The notes under the pieces: generated by a model | The model's database searches: none | Seen by the model: the letters and a program-made list of their open reading frames with translations, nothing else | Told to the model about the DNA's origin: nothing | From: Macrostomum hystrix | Lineage: Eukaryota; Animalia; Platyhelminthes | DNA: 64,000 nt | Direction: 5' to 3' | Assembly (NCBI GenBank): GCA_950097015.1 | Contig: CATNEN010000001.1 | Location: forward strand, 5,828,001-5,892,000 | Shown: one piece after another, positions 49,001 through 58,000 of the stretch | Layout of the letters: each line of letters starts with the position of its first letter | Position numbering within the stretch: position 1 is the stretch's first letter | Translations under genes and position numbers: made by a program

Positions 49001-52000
49001 TGAACAGCCGTACGCAGCCTTCAGATGCGCCGCACAATAGCTGCGGCTGTGCTGTCGGCTGCACATCTGGCTCTATTGGGGCGCTTTGGTACACTTTGGG
49101 GGCTTGTCGTGCAATTCACGCCCTTGAGGGCCAACCTCCAAGGCACAGTGAGAGTATGCACTGCCTGACAATTAGAAAGTCAGGGCAGACGTACACACCC
49201 TGAGTGCGTGTGTGCTCGGGAGTCAGCGAGATAGGCAGAATTGCCTCCTCGCTGTCTGCAGGTCTAGTGACAACTATTGTGCGATTGCCTGCAGCCCTCC
49301 TGCAATAATTATTATTTTTAATATTATAGGCGACTTTCTTTGAAAAACTCCCGAAAGCCACTCACCCGCAATTTCCATTGTACTCAAACTTGCCCTGATT
49401 GAGTTGCATAGCCAAATCGGGCGTCTGAAAGTTAAGCGCCACCATCTGGCAGCCGGCGTTCCAAAAGATTTGCGGCATAAAATTGCTGGAGTCGACCCGG
49501 TTGCCGCGCGGATAAATGCGGCTCATCTGGCGCTTGTTGTAGCTAGATTTTTGTGCAAGTTTTCATTCAGCTTGGTTAAGGAAAACTGCTTGTTTAGAAG
49601 CTTCGGTGGCTACTTATAGTAGAGTTGGCAGGATTTTATTGAAATGATTTTATTGCGCAAGATTCCATTGGCTATTATTAACTAATTGATTAAAAGGCAT
49701 AGGAAAACAACACAGCATATTCAATTGTTTAGCATTTAAAAACTAAAAACCAGGCAACTACGGATAGTTAGGATTAAGCACTAGCAAGGTAACGCAAGAA
49801 AAAAACTGAAAAAAGGATACGCCACGAAATCTGTGACCGATTTCTTGATGTAGCCAAGAGCGACACTTTCGTTGTAGGAAGACATGTGAAAGTGCTTGTT
49901 AACTTCTACAATTTTGTTTTTTATGATTTTTTATTCATACTTTTGTAAAAGTTTCAAACTTACTTTGCGACACAAAACTATTTACACATACAAAGATTAT
50001 TAGATTTCTTTTGTTTTTAACTTTAGTTTGTGTGGCATATTCTTTGCAAAAATACCAATCTAGGTCTAGCATCTACGATGACAACACAGCACAGTTACTA
50101 AAGGAAAATGAAAGGTAAATATGCATACGCGCTTTGTAGATTTGCAAAAAGAAGAATAGAATTCAGCGGCATCCTTTGAAGACAAGAATTCAGCGGCATC
50201 CTTTGAAGATAAGAATTCAGCGGGATCCTTTGTAGACAAGAATTCAGCGGCATCCTTTGAAGATAAGAATTCAGCGGCATCCTTTGAAGACAAGAATTCA
50301 GCGGCATCCTTTGAAGATAAGAATTCAGCGGCATCCTTTGAAGATAAGAATTCAGCGGCATCCTTTGAAGATAAGAATTCAGCGGCATCCTTTGAAGACA
50401 AGAATTCAGCGGCATCCTTTGAAGATAAGAATTCAGCGGGATCCTTTGTAGACAAGAATTCAGCGGCATCCTTTGAAGACAAGAATTCAGCGGCATCCTT
50501 TGAAGACAAGAATTCAGCGGCATACTTTGAAGACAAGAATTCAGCGGCATCCTTTGAAGACAAGAATTCAGCGGCATCCTTTGAAGATAAGAATTCAGCG
50601 GCATCCTTTGAAGACAAGAATTCAGCGGCATCCTTTGAAGATAAGAATTCAGCGGCATCCTTTGAAGATAAGAATTCAGCGGCATCCTTTGAAGATAAGA
50701 AGTCAGCGGCATCCTTTGAAGATGAGAAGCGAGCCGTATCTATTGAATATTAGAAATAAGCGGCATCCTTTGAAGACGAGAAGTGAGAATAAAAAGGGTC
50801 GAAATGTTTAGTAGCAGCTTTTGTTATACAGCAGATAGACAGCAGGTAAACATAATAACTGAAACAATGCGATGAGTACATGCCTAACTTTGAAGCACAT
50901 GCTTAATGCCACCGCATCTCATCGCGAGTACTGTTTAATAAATTGATCTTTACTGTTTAAAATCTACTAATGCTTTAACGATTTCTCGATACCAAAATGA
51001 ATTGATACTAAACACAGGAGTAACACAGCCCAGCGCTCATGCACTTTTCTAGATGGGATAACAACAGGGAAAAGAGGAAATCATAGCCAAGTATCCACTA
51101 AATGAAGAGAAAAAATAGGAAGGAGGGTGATTGACACTGGTGTACAACAGTTATCGATGTGCTTAATAACAAAGTCAATAGCTGGTAAATGAAAGGATAC
51201 TTTACAAATTCAATGGCCTCATTTCTTAGATAGCCAAGACCCACAGTCTCAGAGTAAGAGGACATGTGGTGATGGATGTTCTCCTCTGGAAGTGGCGCAT
51301 ATTTTAAAGAAAAACTAAATGATAGTTAATAAATTAACAAACCCAATATAATAATGACAAGATTTGAAGTTTAAGTAAAGCAATTTTATTTAGCTCAACA
51401 AAAAAGCATTACCGTCGGCAATATCAAAGCCTTGAAATTTCACAGGCTGGGCATAGTTGACCATGGCCGATAGTACTGGATGAATATTGGTGGTGGCGCC
51501 GGTGTAGTGGTACTGGGCTAGCAGGCCCTGCTCTTCCTCGGCGCTTAAAGTACCCTGCGAAAGAAGAAACATTAAGTGATTAGCTATCCTGATATTAAAA
51601 TGAAAATGCATTCCAGGAATGAACGCTATGAATGACGAAACTGAGATGACATCTAACCAATTCAGGGGGGTGAGTGGCTGTGCGATCTAACGCGTTTGCC
51701 TCTCACGAAAGTCCATGAGCTCGATTCCGCGGCGTGCAATTTACGCCTTCGAGGGCCAACCTCCAAGGCGCACTGAGAGTGTACACTGCCTGACGATGAG
51801 AAAGTCAGGGCAGATCTACAAAACCTGAGTGCGTGTGTGCTTAGGAATGAGCGAAATGGACAGATAACTAAGAGACAATGTACCTTCGGCTTGGCTAGGG
51901 GTGCCTCGTCGACTCCAACGTCGACATTGACAGCGGCTGCCGCGGCGGCAGCAATAGGCCCCGGAGTAGCAGGCTGTTGTCCATTGTAGTTGCTATTGTT

Positions 52001-55000
52001 ATTCACGTTGCTAGTAGCCGCAGAAGCAGCAGGCGAGCCACCAGCAGCATTGCTAGTCACGGTGCCAGTTGAAGTTTGAGAAGCCGTGGGAGCCAACGGC
52101 AGTTTTGCAGCCCCAGCTGTTGACGTTCGATCTAAAGAAGCGTCGACCTCGCCTTCAGGATGAGGATCTGTGTCCGTTGAGCCGGTGGGTACGGTGGGAT
52201 CCAGGTCGCTAAGAGGTCCGGCTTCGCCATCCACCACAACCTGAGGATCCTCGGTGACTTCAACTTCGTCTGCAACAATCTGGCCTTTGAGGAAGAGTTC
52301 CAGTTGGCCTGAAAGTCGGGGAGATTAACGATAAGTGATGATGTACTTTAAGAGACTTAAAGAGACTACAGACCGTTGGTTTCTAAGAAATTAAATTTCA
52401 TGACCCATGCTCAAAAGTACTCAAACCAGTTGGCGATAAGAAAATCTAAACCGGAATGTCGAAAAATATTAGTATGTTTGTATTTTCTAAGAAATGGAAT
52501 TAAGAGGGCCCAAATCTCAGCCAATTATGCTTCAGAAAGGAGGTGTTGCTGCCTCTCCCCAGTCCATGGACTGAACAGCTGTACATAGCATTTGGAAGTG
52601 CCCGCAATAGCTGCGACAGTGGCAGTGGCTGTACAACTGGCCTCACTGGGTAACGAGTCATTTCTAAGAAAGTTAGAATTAAGAAGTTAAAACGGTCTGA
52701 TTTTTTAGAAACAAAGCGCAAAAAGTGTAAAATGTACTCACGTTTCTCAACCTCGGGCTTGAGTCGCTTATTTTTAATGAGTATCTTGTACTTGAGTTTC
52801 TCAGGCGGCGGAAGAGGAACGCCGGGTTCCAACTGTTTAAAAAACATATATTGACAAGTGTTTTTTTCTCACTAGTTACCACCTTTTTCTGTTACAGTCT
52901 GATGAATAAGAGAACTTCTAAAAGTGCACTACTTGACTCGGAATTGTCTGAGGCTAGTAAAAGTAAATGAATATCAGATAAAATTCGAACAAACCGGATA
53001 TTTTTCCAACGGCTTGCTGAGCAGATAGTCTCCAAGAATATCTTCGCAATACTTGGCCAGCTTGTACTGCTGCGATTTCCTGGGGAGTGTTTTCGGCGCG
53101 AGGAACAGGAAATTTGGCTTCTGTGCCAGACTTTACCTTGCATACTAATATAGTATAGGGATCTGAGAGTGGTTACTTGCAATATGGGGATCTGAGAGAC
53201 TGCCTAGCAACAATCTGAGGATCTGAGAGACTGCCTAGCAACAATCTGATGATCTAAGAGACAGCCTAGCAACAATCTGAGGATCTAAGAGACTGCCTAG
53301 CAACAATCTGAGGATCTGAGAATCTGCCTAGCAACAATCTGAGGATCTGAGAATCTGCCTAGCAACAATCTGAGGATCTGAGAATCTGCCTAGCAACAAT
53401 CTGAGGATCTGAGAATCTGCCTAGCAACAATCTGAGGATCTGAGAATCTGCCTAGCAACAATCTGAGGATCTGAGAATCTGCCTAGCAACAATCTGAGGA
53501 TCTGAGAGACAGCCTAGCAACAAAGGGTCTGGGAGTGTGGATACCTACATTCCTACATACAATCAGTTAAGTAAAATATAGTTTCAGGCAAAGTGACTTA
53601 CGAGCAATGATTTTCGAATGACAAAATCACTGGCCAAGCCGAGGTGACAAACGCAGTGTCTCGAATAGCGTAGATAACCTCCTGCAGTTTGTTGGAAAAT
53701 ATTGAAAATTAGCGTGCATGTCCTCTAATGCTACTGAGTCAGTAGAAATACAGAATTATTACATATATTTTGCCTATTATATAATATTAGTGACGCAATG
53801 TATAGTTTCTCAACTAAAATAGGAATCCCCTGATTACCTTGAAGGAGATGTCGGTGCACATAGCTTTGCCGTGAGTGATGATGGGTTCCTGATCTGGATC
53901 TTTGCCATCCCAGCAGTCCAACTCGATGCATCTACACCCGGCCAGCAGCACTTGCCGGTACATTTCTACGGAGCTTTTTCCGCCAAACTGTCTGCCAATC
54001 AAATAGGTGTTATGCGAACTGTTGATGTAGTAATGCGACAAAGGCTGATCCATGTCGTGATGAATCTCCAGTTTGTCTAGGAACACAGGCGCATTGTCAT
54101 CAGACATCAGGTAGCGATAGAAACACGCGATGCTTATCTGGCCTGAATTCGAGTTAAGTTGTGAAAAGTTTAATAAGGATTGCGAACTGTTACGCGATCC
54201 AACGACACGGTTAGTTACTGATCTTGAGATGATCTAGAGACACAGTTCCTAATAATAATAATTGCAGGAGGGCTGCAGGCAATGGCACATTATTTGGTGA
54301 CACTAGACCCGCAGCCAGCGAGGAGGCAATTCTGCCCATTTCGCTGACTCCTGAGCACACACGCACACAGATACCGTACGCAGGCACACGCTCACACAGG
54401 TGTGTACATCTGCTCCGGACTTTCTCATCGTCAGGCAGTGTACAATCTTACTCTACATTGGAGGTTGGCCCTCAAGGGCGTAAATTGCACGACAAGCCTC
54501 CAAGCCTTCTATCCGCGGCTGCGCCAAAAATTCTGCGCGCCACGCCGCGGAATCGAACTCAGGGACCATGGTGCGAGAGGCAATCGCGTTAACCGATCTG
54601 CCAATCAGTCTCTTAGAGACACGGTAATCTGATCTAGAGATACTGGAATTGATAATGCTATGATCTAGAAATGCTGTTAAAAATTATTATGACAAAATAC
54701 TCACGACTCTCTCTATTATCCTCATTAGGCTCATACTGTTTGAGTATGTTTTCAATTGTGAGTTTATTAGCAAATGGATAAAGAATCTCGTTGAGTCGTG
54801 GGTCTCTCTGCGTGACATTGAGAAACTCGATCATCTTCTCCTGGCTAATGACGCTGGTATTGTCAGTGCTCAGCTCATTGAACAGGTCCTCGATGTCCTG
54901 CCTGGGGCAGATGCGGTGATACAGCTCGTAAAACTTGTCGAATGTGAATGTAGCCGGAATGATTTCGTCATTCTGCAATGGGGATTAGAGATTTGCTTCG

Positions 55001-58000
55001 AATTGACACCGATGATTGAGGATATATGTGATGTGTTGGGTCATTGAACAATAGGGATTAAAGAGGGAACAATGGGACTATTAGGGAATCTTGGAAATGA
55101 TGGATTATTTGGAAATGAAGGAAAATGGGATTGTTGGGTAATCTAAGAAACTAGTGATTATTATTTAATCTAGGAAAATAGGGATCATTTGGGAATATAG
55201 GAAAATATGAATTATTGGGGAATCTTGTAAAGAAGGGATTATTAAGGGAATCTAGGAAATAATGGATTATTAGGGAATCTAGGAAATGATGGATTATTTA
55301 CGGAATCTAGGAAATGATGGATTATTAGGGAATCTAGGAAATGATGGATTATTAGGGAATCTAGGAAATAATGGATTATTAGGGAATCTAGGAAATAATG
55401 GATTATTAGGGAATCTAGGAAATAATGGATTATTAGGGAATCTAGGAAATAATGGATTATTAGGGAATCTAGGAAATAATGGATTATTAGGGAATCTAGG
55501 AAATAATGGATTATTAGGGAATCTAGGAAATAATGGATTATTAGGGAATCTAGGAAATAATGGATTATTAGGGAATCTAGGAAATAATGGATTATTAGGG
55601 AATCTAGGAAATAATGGATTATTAGGGAATCTAGGAAATAATGGATTATTAGGGAATCTAGGAAATAATGGATATTTAAGGGAATCTAGGAAATAATGGA
55701 TTATTAGGGAATCTAGGAAATAATGGATTATTAGGGAATCTAGGAAATAATGGATATTTAAGGGAATCTAGGAAATGGTGGACTATTAGGGAATCTAGGA
55801 AATAATGGATTATTAGGGAATCTAGGAAATGATGGATTATTAAGGAATCTAGGAAATGATGGATTATTTAAGGAATCTAGGAAATGATGGATTATTAGGG
55901 AATCTAGGAAATAATGGATATTTAAGGGAATCTAGGAAATGGTGGACTATTAGGGAATCTAGGAAATGATGGATTATTAAGGAATCTAGGAAATGATGGA
56001 TTATTTAAGGAATCTAGGAAATGATGGATTTTTTCGGAATCTAGGAATGATGGATTATTAACGGAATCTAAGAAATGATGGATTATTAAGCAATCTAGGA
56101 AATGATGGATTATTTACGGAATCTAGGAAATGATGGATTATTTACGGAATCTAGGAAATGATGGATTATTAGGGAATCTAGGAAATGATGGATTATTAAG
56201 GAATCTAGGAAATGATGGATTATTTACGGAATCTAGGAAATGATGGATTATCCATCTAAGAAATGATGGATTATTAAGGAATCTAAGAAATGAGAGATTA
56301 TTGGGAAATATAGGAAAATGAAGATTTTTGGGGAATCTAGAAAAATGGGGATTATTGGGGCATCTAGGAACTAAGGATTATTGGGTTGGAAATCCCATCC
56401 GAAATAATTGGGTAATCTAGAAATTCGAATTATTGAGGAATCTAGAAAACAAGGGATTATTAGAGAATCTAGGATAAATATGGGTCTATTTCGGAACATA
56501 GGAAAATTATAAAATTACTAGGAAATCTAGGCGAAATATGTCATATTTTTGGAACTTAAAAGCAATGGGATTACTACGAGTAACGACATTTCAAATTTTA
56601 ATAAAAAACAACATTTATTATCTTACCTTCCCAGACGGCAGGCCCAAATCTTTCAAAGTTTGAAAAATAATCTTCTCAGTCTTGCCAGATGCGAAAGTTT
56701 TACTAATCACTCGAACAGGAATGCAATTGTTGGCATTGACTGAGAAACAGAGCTTCATCCAGCTGAAATTCAACATTTAATAGCTATGTTTGGATGAAAA
56801 AAATAAATTTGTACAAGTTTAGCACAAAACATTTGAGGAACGGGCCCAGGCAGACAGGCGCACAACTCACTGTTTTCGAAGCTGAGTCATGGGGCAAACA
56901 TTACTAGCCTTTGTGTTGTGAGTCAGCGGTCGCAGATCCTGAATCCAGGCCTGAATTGATGAGAATAATTGCAAAAAATATAATTTGAATTGTTAATTGC
57001 TGAAATGGTAAAATTGTAATAATTTTATCATAGAAAACATAAACTTAAAAATCTAAAAAAATATTGGTCTAGATTTTCTGACACAACAGGGGTGAGAAAT
57101 GAGTTTGAGTCGAGTGTAAATTAGACAGGGTAGAAATGGTAGACATGGTAAGTCAGGAAGACAGGGTAGATATGGGAGACATGGTAAGTCAGGAAGACAG
57201 GGTAGATATGGGAGACATGGTAAGTCAGGAAGACAGGGTAGACTAGGTAGATATGGTAGACAGGGTAGATAGGGTAGACAAGGTAGATAGGGTAGACAGG
57301 GTAGATAGGGTAGACAAGGTAGATAGGGTAGACAGGGTAGATAGGGTAGACACGGTAGATATGGTAGACAGGGTTGATATGGTAGACAAGGTAGATAGGG
57401 TAGACAGGGTAGATAGGGTAGACACGGTAGATATGGTAGACATGGTAAGTCAGGAAGACAGGGTAGATATGGGAGACATGGTTGATATGGTAGACAGGGT
57501 TGATATGGTAGACAAGGTAGATAGGGTAGACAGGGTAGATAGGGTAGACACGGTAGATATGGTAGACAGGGTTGATATGGTAGACAGGGTTGATATGGTA
57601 GAAAGGGTAGAAATGGTAGATAGGGTAGACAGGGTAGACAGGGAAGATAGGGTAGACAAGGTAGATAGGGTAGACAGGGTAGATAGGGAAGACAAGGTAG
57701 ATAGGGTAGACAGGGTAGATAGGGTAGACACGGTAGATATGGTAGACAGGGTTGATATGGTAGACAAGGTAGATAGGGTAGACAGGGTAGATGGGGTAGA
57801 CACGGTAGATATGGTAGACATGGTAAGTCAGGAAGACAGGGTAGATATGGGAGACATGGTAAGTCAGGAAGACAGGGTAGACTTGGTAGATATGGTAGAC
57901 AGGGAAGATAGGGTAGACAAGGTAGATAGGGTAGACAGGGTAGATAGGGTAGACAAGGTAGATAGGGTAGACAGGGTAGATAGGGTAGACACGGTAGATA

